32,000 bases of DNA. Source: Pseudidiomarina andamanensis. Lineage in GTDB: Bacteria > Pseudomonadota > Gammaproteobacteria > Enterobacterales > Alteromonadaceae. Position numbers and translations under genes: made by a program. The notes beneath the pieces were generated by a model. The model was not told the origin of the DNA. It did not search any database and saw only the letters and a program-made list of their open reading frames with translations. The stretch is from the NCBI RefSeq assembly GCF_009734345.1, contig NZ_CP032551.1:1830001-1862000 (forward strand), given 5' to 3'. Positions 13,385 through 21,162 of this stretch are shown one piece after another (the first letter of the stretch is position 1; each line of letters begins with the position of its first letter).

Positions 13385-14788
13385 TTAACTGATGGCCACG
13401 ACTTTGTTGCGACCCTCTAGTTTAGCTTGTTGTAAAGCGCGAGTAGCGCGCTCAACGGTTTGATCAATGGTTTCACCAAATTGTACTTGGGCAACACCAA
13501 AGCTGCCACGTATTGGTAAAATTAAATCGTCGATATGAAGTACTGGAAGTTTATGGCGAAGCTCGTTGGCGCGCTTCGAGGCTTCATCAATATCGGTGTT
13601 TGGTATAAATACGACAAACGTATCTTGTTCGCATCGGCATAAAATTTCGCTGTCACGAAGTTCGTTTTTGAGTATTTGTGCTGATTGTCGAAGTACTTCG
13701 TCACCTATCGCTTGGCCGTAGTCATCGTTTAGTTTTTTAAAGTGGTCGAGATTATACATCGCTATACAATGATTTTGATTGGGCCGCGATGATTTCACCA
13801 CTTGTGTGACCAAGGTTTTAAATAACCATTTGGTAGGCAAATTGGTAAGTAAATCAAGCATACTTAATTCGGCAAGCTGATGATTGCGCTGCATGAGTGC
13901 TGGGATAGAAATAGCTAAGTATGACATTGCCGCCGTAATGTAGAGTGCAAATTGATAAGTGATTGCCTGATCAGAAACGTTAAATACACCGACACCGAAG
14001 GCCATTACAACCGTAATACAAACTAAGCTATTGGTTGCATACGATGTACGTTCAGTTAGAACTATCCAAAGCTGCGGAATGCTGACAAAAAATACGAAAT
14101 AAGCTACTCCGCGATGGGTTATATAACTGTCAAGAATGAGAATTCCAATAACGGTTGCTACAGCGATACTCAATTTCAACAAAAACGGTTTTAAGTTTGA
14201 GCTTAGGCGTCGGTCGTGGGCATAAAATTCATCTAACCAAGTTAGCCGAGTATGAGAAAGCTTTGGCAGAATAAGACACATTAGTGGTGCAATGACCATC
14301 ACGCCAACGAGATCGCCAAGCCACCAGGCGAACCAGCCTTCTTCTAGAATATGATCATAATTTTCCGTCGTAAATTCCCACACTAATAAGCCACAAATGG
14401 CAGCCATTAATGCGGAAATTGCATAGATAACTAGCAGCCCGATAATACGTTGCGGCAAGCCTTTTTGAATAAAATAGCTCAGCCAGTGGCGCGCAGCTAA
14501 GCCACCGAGACCATATGGAACCGTATGCGCCAAAGCGAAAAGTAAAGCTGAAGCCAAATGAGCGGGATCAAAGCCTTGTTCAAATTGTTCAATAAATCTG
14601 AAAGAAACAAAGAATACAGCTAAGAAAATAGGGAAAAATGCTCGTTTACCAAAGATTAAAAAGCCAGCGATAGATACGCCGGCAGGCATATACCAGAGGC
14701 TGATAAACTCCGCGAAAGCCATAATCGTTGAAGCATAAAATGTACTTATCCAAAAAATGAATAACAGCACATAGGCGCTTGTTTTCAC
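13385..14788 (-). CDS. Membrane sensor protein, MASE1-like N-terminal domain (about 8 TM) plus C-terminal degenerate GGDEF domain
   Basis: 467 aa. GTG start with GAGGAA SD. N-terminus has WYMPAGVSIAGFLIFGKRAFFPIFL (MASE1-like). C-terminus has LDHFKKLNDDYGQAIGDEVL...RCEQDTFVVFIPNT, which aligns to RxGG(D/E)EFxxxxP. The signature is EQDTF, not GGDEF. Confidence 0.85.
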   Translation of the reverse strand: MKTSAYVLLFIFWISTFYASTIMAFAEFISLWYMPAGVSIAGFLIFGKRAFFPIFLAVFFVSFRFIEQFEQGFDPAHLASALLFALAHTVPYGLGGLAARHWLSYFIQKGLPQRIIGLLVIYAISALMAAICGLLVWEFTTENYDHILEEGWFAWWLGDLVGVMVIAPLMCLILPKLSHTRLTWLDEFYAHDRRLSSNLKPFLLKLSIAVATVIGILILDSYITHRGVAYFVFFVSIPQLWIVLTERTSYATNSLVCITVVMAFGVGVFNVSDQAITYQFALYITAAMSYLAISIPALMQRNHQLAELSMLDLLTNLPTKWLFKTLVTQVVKSSRPNQNHCIAMYNLDHFKKLNDDYGQAIGDEVLRQSAQILKNELRDSEILCRCEQDTFVVFIPNTDIDEASKRANELRHKLPVLHIDDLILPIRGSFGVAQVQFGETIDQTVERATRALQQAKLEGRNKVVAIS

Positions 14789-14988
14789 GAAATTATTCCT
14801 CGAGTTTGTTCTTATGATCTAAAAACGTGAAAGATAACCTGATTGTTGCACTATTTTGAACGGGGTGACAAGGCTTACAAAATACAAGAAAGCGACAAAC
14901 AACAGGATTTTACCTGTCAATGCAATGGAGCTAACAACGTGAAGTTGTTAAAGTAACGTGATGCGCGCCTCAAAATAGAGATAAAACA

Positions 14989-17454
14989 ATGAAAAAATCA
15001 CTGATCTTGATTGCGACAGGATTTGTCGCATCTATATCGTTTAGTTTTGCAGAAGCGTCCGCTGTCTCGCAAACCAAAGGCTCTTTCGTTGATAAATTTC
15101 GTCAGCTTGACGAAGTGTTACCAACACCTAACGTTTACCGCAATGCGGCGGGTGAGCCAGGAGAAAGTTACTGGCAGCAACAAGCCGATTACAACATTAA
15201 GGTTCGCCTTGATGAAGAAAAGCGTCGCATAGACGCACAGCAAACCATTCAATATCACAATAACTCGCCATATTCGTTGAAATATATTTGGGTACATTTA
15301 GATCAAAATATTTTCCGTTCTGACTCTATGGCCGAGCGAACGTCCACATTTAACAGTAAGCCTGATGTGAATTTGGGTGGAATTGATAAGCCGGCACGTA
15401 TTTCGTTTAACGAATTACGCCGTCAGCAGTTCATGGCAGACAACGAGCTTGGTTTTAACATTAAACGTGTTGCCAACGGTAATGATGACCTCGAGTTTGT
15501 GATTGTTGGTACAAACATGCGGGTTGATTTGCCGACACCATTAAAACCAGGTCAAAAAACCGAACTGAATATCGATTTTGGCTTCAACATTGTTGAAGAA
15601 GACGCTGTAGGCGCTCGTTCGGGCTACGAGCATTTTGCAGATGACGCACGCGAAGGTGGTAATGATATCTTCTTGCTTGCGCAGTGGTTCCCTCGCGTTG
15701 TGGCGTTTACTGATTATGAAGCATGGACCAATAAAGAGTTCTTAGGTCGCGGTGAATTCACTTTAGAATTCGGTGATTACAGCGTTGAGATTGATGTGCC
15801 AGCTGATCATATTGTTTCTTCTACCGGCGTATTGAAGAACGAGCGTGCGGTTTTAACTCCAACGCAACGGAAGCGTCTAGAAGAAGCGAAGAAAGCGGAT
15901 AAACCGGTATTTGTAGTCACCCCAGAAGAAGCGCTAGAAAACGAAAAAGAAGGCACTGATAAACGTAAAGTTTGGAAGTTTGAAGCGGAAAACGTCCGTG
16001 ATTTTGCGTGGGCTTCATCGCGTAAGTTTATCTGGGATGCACAAGGTTATCAGCAGGGTGGCGACGTTCAGCCGTTAGTCATGGCGATGTCATTCTACCC
16101 GAAAGAAGGCGGTGAGCTTTGGGAAAAATACTCAACAGCGTCTGTCATTCACACCATGGAAGTATACTCGCGTTTCTCATTTGATTACCCGTACCCAACC
16201 TCGCAGTCAGTCAATGGCCCTGTCGGTGGTATGGAGTATCCAATGATCACGTTTAACGGGCCACGGACTATTTTACAGGATGATGGTAGCCGCACGTACA
16301 GCTTGTCAGAAAAGCGCTTCTTGATTGGCGTAGTTATTCATGAAATTGGGCATATTTATTTCCCAATGGTGGTTAACTCTGATGAACGCCAGTGGACTTG
16401 GATGGATGAGGGTTTGAATAGCTTCCTAGACGGTGTTGCTGGACGTGAGTGGGATCCGACAATGCCGTGGGGCGTTGAACCACGTTCAATTGTGGATTAC
16501 ATGAAGTCGACCAACCAAGTGCCAATTATGACGCAATCAGATAGCGTTTTAAATTTGGGACCAAATGCTTACACCAAGCCAGCTGCAGCGTTAAATATTC
16601 TTCGCGAAGTTATCTTGGGTCGTGAATTGTTCGATTTTGCATTCAAAGAATACGCGCAACGTTGGGCATTTAAACGACCAACGCCGTCAGATTTTTTCCG
16701 TACCATGGAAGAAGCTTCAGGCGTTGATCTCGATTGGTTCTGGCGTGGCTGGTTCTATTCAACCGATCATGTCGATATCAGTTTAGATCGTGTCTATCAG
16801 TTACAACTTGATACGGAAAATCCAGACATCGATTGGGAACGCCGTCGTCAAGAAGAAGCGGACAAGCCAACTTCATTGTTTGTTCAGCGTAACGAAGCAG
16901 AAGGCCGCAAGACTTGGGTTGAAAAGAACCCAGATATTCGCGATTTTCATGATGAAAACGATCGCTTTACAGTCACTAACAAGCAACGCAATGCGTATCA
17001 AAGCTTCCTAGAGAAACTTGAGCCATGGGAGCGTCGTGTATTTGACCGCGCCATTGCTGAAGACAAAAACTACTATGTTTTAGACTTCAATAATGTTGGT
17101 GGCTTGGTTATGCCTATCTTGTTGCAAATGACCTATGCCGATGGCACCAAAGAAGAGATGTATATTCCGGCTGAAATTTGGCGTCGTAATGCGAAATCGG
17201 TTAGCAAATTAATTGTTACTGATAAAGAAGTGACGGAATTTGCTGTTGATCCGAATTGGGAAACCGCGGATGTTGATATTGAAAATAACTACTATCCTCG
17301 TCGCATTATGAAGTCGCGCATTGAAGCGTATAAATGGCAGCGCACTACTGACCATGTTTCGCGTGACATCATGCAAGATGCGAAAACGAAACTGAAGTCA
17401 GAAGAAGACAAGTCGGACGATAAATCAGAAGACAAGTCGGAAGATAAGGAGTAA
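14989..17454 (+). CDS. Secreted M1-family (gluzincin) zinc metallopeptidase
   Basis: 821 aa. Signal peptide MKKSLILIATGFVASISFSFAEA. HEIGH-x18-E zinc site (VIHEIGHIYF...WMDEGLNSF). GGMEY in place of the GxMEN exopeptidase motif. K/E/D/S-rich C-terminal tail. Confidence 0.88.
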   Translation: MKKSLILIATGFVASISFSFAEASAVSQTKGSFVDKFRQLDEVLPTPNVYRNAAGEPGESYWQQQADYNIKVRLDEEKRRIDAQQTIQYHNNSPYSLKYIWVHLDQNIFRSDSMAERTSTFNSKPDVNLGGIDKPARISFNELRRQQFMADNELGFNIKRVANGNDDLEFVIVGTNMRVDLPTPLKPGQKTELNIDFGFNIVEEDAVGARSGYEHFADDAREGGNDIFLLAQWFPRVVAFTDYEAWTNKEFLGRGEFTLEFGDYSVEIDVPADHIVSSTGVLKNERAVLTPTQRKRLEEAKKADKPVFVVTPEEALENEKEGTDKRKVWKFEAENVRDFAWASSRKFIWDAQGYQQGGDVQPLVMAMSFYPKEGGELWEKYSTASVIHTMEVYSRFSFDYPYPTSQSVNGPVGGMEYPMITFNGPRTILQDDGSRTYSLSEKRFLIGVVIHEIGHIYFPMVVNSDERQWTWMDEGLNSFLDGVAGREWDPTMPWGVEPRSIVDYMKSTNQVPIMTQSDSVLNLGPNAYTKPAAALNILREVILGRELFDFAFKEYAQRWAFKRPTPSDFFRTMEEASGVDLDWFWRGWFYSTDHVDISLDRVYQLQLDTENPDIDWERRRQEEADKPTSLFVQRNEAEGRKTWVEKNPDIRDFHDENDRFTVTNKQRNAYQSFLEKLEPWERRVFDRAIAEDKNYYVLDFNNVGGLVMPILLQMTYADGTKEEMYIPAEIWRRNAKSVSKLIVTDKEVTEFAVDPNWETADVDIENNYYPRRIMKSRIEAYKWQRTTDHVSRDIMQDAKTKLKSEEDKSDDKSEDKSEDKE

Positions 17455-17460
17455 TCAACA

Positions 17461-17958
17461 ATGCGTCAGTTGTTTTTAGCATTGTTGAGTGTGATTGCAA
17501 TCGGGTTGATGAGTGCTGCTAGCGCTCATCAACTCCACACTGCAAGCACGACGGTATTGTTTAATGAGCGTACTGGCAATATCGAAGTGTTGCATCGGTT
17601 TTTTCTGCACGATGCGGAGCATGCGGTAAAGCAATTATTTGATAAGAAAGCGGATATTCATCAACTGAAGCGTACACAGGCGCAATTTAGCGCTTATGTA
17701 TTTGAGCGCTTTGGTTTACAAACGTTAGATGGCAAAACGCTTGAATTAAGCGAAGTTGGTTATGAAGTTGATGGTAATAACTTTTGGATCTATCAAGAAA
17801 CACCGATTGTTGCTGATCTAGAAGGCTTACGGATTCGCCATAAAGCGTTGCACGATATTTGGCCAAGTCAGCAAAATTTGGTTAATGTTGAAGGTCTTGG
17901 ACCCATTCAAAGCGTAACATTCCGGCAAAAAGACGAGTGGCTGGAAGTTCGCTTCTAA
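17461..17958 (+). CDS. Small secreted protein of unknown function (resembles the DUF6702 family from memory; unverified)
   Basis: 165 aa. AAGGAG SD overlaps the peptidase stop. Signal peptide ends ...SAASA, followed by HQLHTASTTVLFNERTGNIEVLHRFFLHDAEHA. Confidence 0.7.
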   Translation: MRQLFLALLSVIAIGLMSAASAHQLHTASTTVLFNERTGNIEVLHRFFLHDAEHAVKQLFDKKADIHQLKRTQAQFSAYVFERFGLQTLDGKTLELSEVGYEVDGNNFWIYQETPIVADLEGLRIRHKALHDIWPSQQNLVNVEGLGPIQSVTFRQKDEWLEVRF

Positions 17959-17973
17959 GTCAGGAGGCATGCC

Positions 17974-18435
17974 ATGGTGCGCATGTTTATCGCTTTTCTA
18001 TGTGCGGTAATTGGGGCTACTCTAGTCGGTACCGTCATTCAAACCCAATTTAATCTCGCTGAACTAACAGCCCTGTCGGTCGATATTGATATGTCGACAC
18101 GCATGGCGACAATTCTTCATGATTTGCTTCATTTTGGACCCGTCTTTGCGCTCATTTTAACCCCAACATTATTGATTGCGTTCATTGTGGCGCGTGTTTT
18201 GAGTCATTTGATGCCTAAATTTGAACGCGCCTGGTTTATTATTGGCGGTGGTGTTGGCCTTGCTTGTGCGTTTTCTATTGTTGATAGCTTGGCACCGATG
18301 CCAACGTTAATTGCCGCGAATAGAACCCTACTTGGATTTTTGTTGATGAGTGCGACAGGCGCTTTTGCGGGTTGGATCTTTGATCGATTATGGCATCCAC
18401 AACCACAAGAACTCGCCGAGGAGCTGCCACAATGA
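17974..18435 (+). CDS. Small integral membrane protein (about 4 TM), unknown function
   Basis: 153 aa. AGGAGG SD 6 nt upstream of the ATG. Hydrophobic segments throughout. The stop overlaps the next start (ATGA). Confidence 0.7.
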   Translation: MVRMFIAFLCAVIGATLVGTVIQTQFNLAELTALSVDIDMSTRMATILHDLLHFGPVFALILTPTLLIAFIVARVLSHLMPKFERAWFIIGGGVGLACAFSIVDSLAPMPTLIAANRTLLGFLLMSATGAFAGWIFDRLWHPQPQELAEELPQ

Positions 18436-19505
18436 AACAATTCATTATCAGTTTATGCTTAGTTTTATCGACAACGTCTGCGGCTCTTGCGGGAACGGCA
18501 CGTACAGAAGTTGTGGCCAATAACTTAAACTTTCCTTGGTCTGTTGCTGAGTTACCGGAAGGTGGTTTTTTGGTAACCGAACGCTCTGGACAACTCGTGT
18601 TTGTTAGCCAAACAGGTGATAAACATCACGTTGAAATTGACCTGCCTGACCTTTATGCAACAGCGCAAGCCGGATTGTTTGAAGTAATGCTAACTCCAGA
18701 TTTCATGACCTCGCGAGAACTTGTTTTAAGTTATTCATGTGGCACTGAAAAAGCCAATAACACCTGTGTGATTCGAGCGAAACTTAGTCTTCAACCGCCT
18801 TACAGTCTTTTAGATACGCAGAATATTTTTACGGCACTCCCTAAAAAGGAAGGCGCAGCACACTACGGTGCTCGCATGACATGGTTGCCTGATGACACGT
18901 TGTTAATTGCGCTTGGTGATGGTTTCGTTTACCGCGAACAAGCGCAAAAACTCGATAACCACCTAGGTAAAATAGTACGTATTACGCGTAATGGTGAGGT
19001 GCCCGAAGACAATCCGTTCACCCATTCAAAAGCACCAGAAATATTCAGCTATGGCCATCGCAATGTGCAGGGACTTATTTATGATTCAGAGCGGGATGCC
19101 ATTTGGCAACACGAACATGGGCCCAAAGGTGGTGATGAGTTAAATAAAATTGTAAAGGGTGGGAATTATGGTTGGCCGATTGCTACGTTTGGTATTGATT
19201 ACACTGGTGCGAAGGTTTCACCATTTCGCGAACTACCAGGAATAAAACCACCGTTGTATCAATGGACGCCATCGTTGGCACCTGCCGGATTGGCGTTATA
19301 TGAAGGCGACTTGCTGGTAACGCATTTGGCGGGTAAACGACTACAACGGTTGCGTCTGGTTGACGAACAATGGCAATTAGAAGGTGAGTACCTGCAAGAT
19401 CTCAACGCGCGGTTACGTGCCGTTTATGTGGCACCGTCGGGTCGCATTTTGGTGCTCACCGATAGCGCTGAAGGACAACTCTTACAAGTTAGTTTTGAAG
19501 ATTAA
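18432..19505 (+). CDS. PQQ-dependent soluble sugar (aldose/sorbosone) dehydrogenase, YliI-like beta-propeller
   Basis: Motifs FSYGHRNVQGL, HEHGPKGGDELN, GGNYGWP. The ORF-track start at 18390 is rejected. The ATG at 18432 gives a signal peptide MKQFIISLCLVLSTTSAALAG and overlaps the upstream stop (ATGA). 357 aa. Confidence 0.85.
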   Translation: MKQFIISLCLVLSTTSAALAGTARTEVVANNLNFPWSVAELPEGGFLVTERSGQLVFVSQTGDKHHVEIDLPDLYATAQAGLFEVMLTPDFMTSRELVLSYSCGTEKANNTCVIRAKLSLQPPYSLLDTQNIFTALPKKEGAAHYGARMTWLPDDTLLIALGDGFVYREQAQKLDNHLGKIVRITRNGEVPEDNPFTHSKAPEIFSYGHRNVQGLIYDSERDAIWQHEHGPKGGDELNKIVKGGNYGWPIATFGIDYTGAKVSPFRELPGIKPPLYQWTPSLAPAGLALYEGDLLVTHLAGKRLQRLRLVDEQWQLEGEYLQDLNARLRAVYVAPSGRILVLTDSAEGQLLQVSFED

Positions 19506-19520
19506 GGAAGCAAACGACTT

Positions 19521-20336
19521 ATGACGTACTTCAAATTTTTAGGATCAGCATTCGTCGCAATGATTATCGCTTCGGCGCCATCGCCAGTGGCGGCATATGG
19601 CGAACATGGGCACAGTGCGTTTTGTGAGGCGGCCTATCAATTGGCGCAGCCACAAACTCAGCAACGCATCGATGCCTTGGTAGCGCAACATCCGGGTTAT
19701 GACAGTTTTGGTAGCCTATGCAGCTGGGCTGATGACATTAAAAGCGATAAAAAATGGGATTGGGCAAAACCGCATCATTACGTGAATTTTCCACGGTCAG
19801 CGGCCAAAGTGCGTGAAGATGACTGCCCAGTTCAAGGTGGCTGCATCTTAACCGCTATTCAACACCACTATAATGTGCTGAAACATGATTCTGAAGATTG
19901 GCAGGCGCTCGCGTTTCTAGCGCATTTTATTGGTGATTTGCATCAACCAATGCACGTTAGTTTCGCTGATGACTTAGGCGGTAACCGTGCGCGTTTAACC
20001 TACTTTGATCAACCCACCAATTTACACCGTTTGTGGGATACGGACATGTTACTACGTCGCGGTGGTGAGGATAGTCTTGCTAAAGCGAAACAGCTTGTTG
20101 AAGGCTTAGCGGTAGAACAGCCTCTGGTAGTTACAGACGAACAAACATTGAAGTGGGCGAATGAATCGGCAGCCATTACCCGTCGTATCTATTCGAATTA
20201 CCGCGAAGGCCAAGAGCTGGGCGAAGATTATACCTCGCAATGGGAACCTGTTCTTGAGCAACGCATGCAGCAAGGTGCTCAGCGATTGGCTGCAATTTTG
20301 GATGGGTTATTCGCTAATGGTAAAACGGAAAAGTAA
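19521..20336 (+). CDS. Secreted S1/P1-family zinc nuclease
   Basis: 271 aa. Signal peptide ...APSPVAA, followed by YGEHGH. All P1-type Zn ligand motifs are present: GxxGH, WADD, HHYVNFP, HFIGDLHQPMH, NLHRLWD. Confidence 0.88.
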   Translation: MTYFKFLGSAFVAMIIASAPSPVAAYGEHGHSAFCEAAYQLAQPQTQQRIDALVAQHPGYDSFGSLCSWADDIKSDKKWDWAKPHHYVNFPRSAAKVREDDCPVQGGCILTAIQHHYNVLKHDSEDWQALAFLAHFIGDLHQPMHVSFADDLGGNRARLTYFDQPTNLHRLWDTDMLLRRGGEDSLAKAKQLVEGLAVEQPLVVTDEQTLKWANESAAITRRIYSNYREGQELGEDYTSQWEPVLEQRMQQGAQRLAAILDGLFANGKTEK

Positions 20337-20795
20337 CTAAGCTTTTGAATTAAGGCGCTGAGGCGTGGTGTCTTGGCTGCCATCGGCGCCGTACATGGCA
20401 GCACTGCCGGAACCAGCAGCATCACGCAAAATATTCAGCATTTGTTGATTGTGGTGTAGGCGATGTTGGATAAGCTCACCGTTGAGAAGATTCAACTGTG
20501 CGACACGTTGTGTACGTTCTAGTAGCTGTTGCCAAACATCAATACAACCGGCCTGCTTTGCAGCATCACGAGCGCCTGCGGCGTCATCACTAAAGCCGAG
20601 TTTTTGCTGCGCGGAAAGGCGTTTGCTTTCACTCGCTTCAATACGTTGCTGAACAACCTGTTTTTGTTCAGCGAGTGACTTTAGTTTTTCGCCATCAATT
20701 TGACCATCGCCGAGCAGTCGCTGCTCCTGTTCAAGCAATGCTTGCAGTTGCTCTAAGCGCTCGACTTGTTCGGTTAAATGCTGGCGTAAACTCAT
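20337..20795 (-). CDS. flgN: Flagellar export chaperone FlgN (for FlgK/FlgL)
   Basis: 152 aa. Helical, Q/L/E-rich, with a typical FlgN N-terminus (L..LQALLEQEQRLL). Follows flgM in the same operon, as in Salmonella. Confidence 0.8.
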   Translation of the reverse strand: MSLRQHLTEQVERLEQLQALLEQEQRLLGDGQIDGEKLKSLAEQKQVVQQRIEASESKRLSAQQKLGFSDDAAGARDAAKQAGCIDVWQQLLERTQRVAQLNLLNGELIQHRLHHNQQMLNILRDAAGSGSAAMYGADGSQDTTPQRLNSKA

Positions 20796-20801
20796 CAGTC
20801 T

Positions 20802-21074
20802 TTAAATACCATCCGTTAGACTTTTCAATAGTGCTTCAGCAATATTGTCAGTATTCATGTTTAGTTTACCGTCGCGAATTGCTTCGCGCAGCTCTTCAAC
20901 ACGTGCCATGTTAACGTCTTGTGACGCATCTTGTGGCAATTGGCTTAAGTGGGTAACCACTTCAGCTTGTTTGGCATCACCAGCGTTTGCTTTATCAGTT
21001 TTCTGAGCCGCTTGTGAACGACTAGAGTCTGATTGAGTAACGCTGTTAGGTGGTTGATAACCATTGATTTTCAC
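20802..21074 (-). CDS. flgM: Anti-sigma-28 factor FlgM
   Basis: 90 aa, GTG start. Disordered S/Q/A-rich N-terminus and conserved C-terminal sigma-28-binding helix region (VNMARVEELREAIRDGKLNMNTDNIAEALL). Confidence 0.88.
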   Translation of the reverse strand: MKINGYQPPNSVTQSDSSRSQAAQKTDKANAGDAKQAEVVTHLSQLPQDASQDVNMARVEELREAIRDGKLNMNTDNIAEALLKSLTDGI

Positions 21075-21111
21075 GGGAAATCCCTCGCTATTATTGGCGT
21101 TGCTAGTAAAG

Positions 21112-21138
21112 TTATCGGCACTAGCGCCAATTTCTTTA
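21112..21138 (-). promoter_or_regulatory. Sigma-28 (FliA) class-3 promoter for flgMN
   Basis: Minus strand reads TAAA (21135-21138), 15 nt spacer, GCCGATAA (21112-21119). This is a perfect match to TAAA-N15-GCCGATAA, 38 nt upstream of the flgM start and just downstream of the flgA stop. Confidence 0.85.
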
Positions 21139-21162
21139 AGTTTATTTGCACAGTTTTAACAG

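Noticed and set aside
18390-18431. Upstream start (ORF track) for the PQQ-dependent dehydrogenase
   Set aside because: The extension (MASTTTRTRRGAAT) overlaps the preceding gene by 46 nt and precedes a perfect signal peptide that begins at the ATG at 18432. That ATG forms an ATGA stop/start overlap.
18204-18520. Minus-strand ORFs 18204..18440 and 18275..18520 across the membrane-protein/dehydrogenase junction
   Set aside because: They are antisense to two translationally coupled plus-strand genes. The products are repeat-like Cys/Ser-rich or low-complexity. No expression signals.
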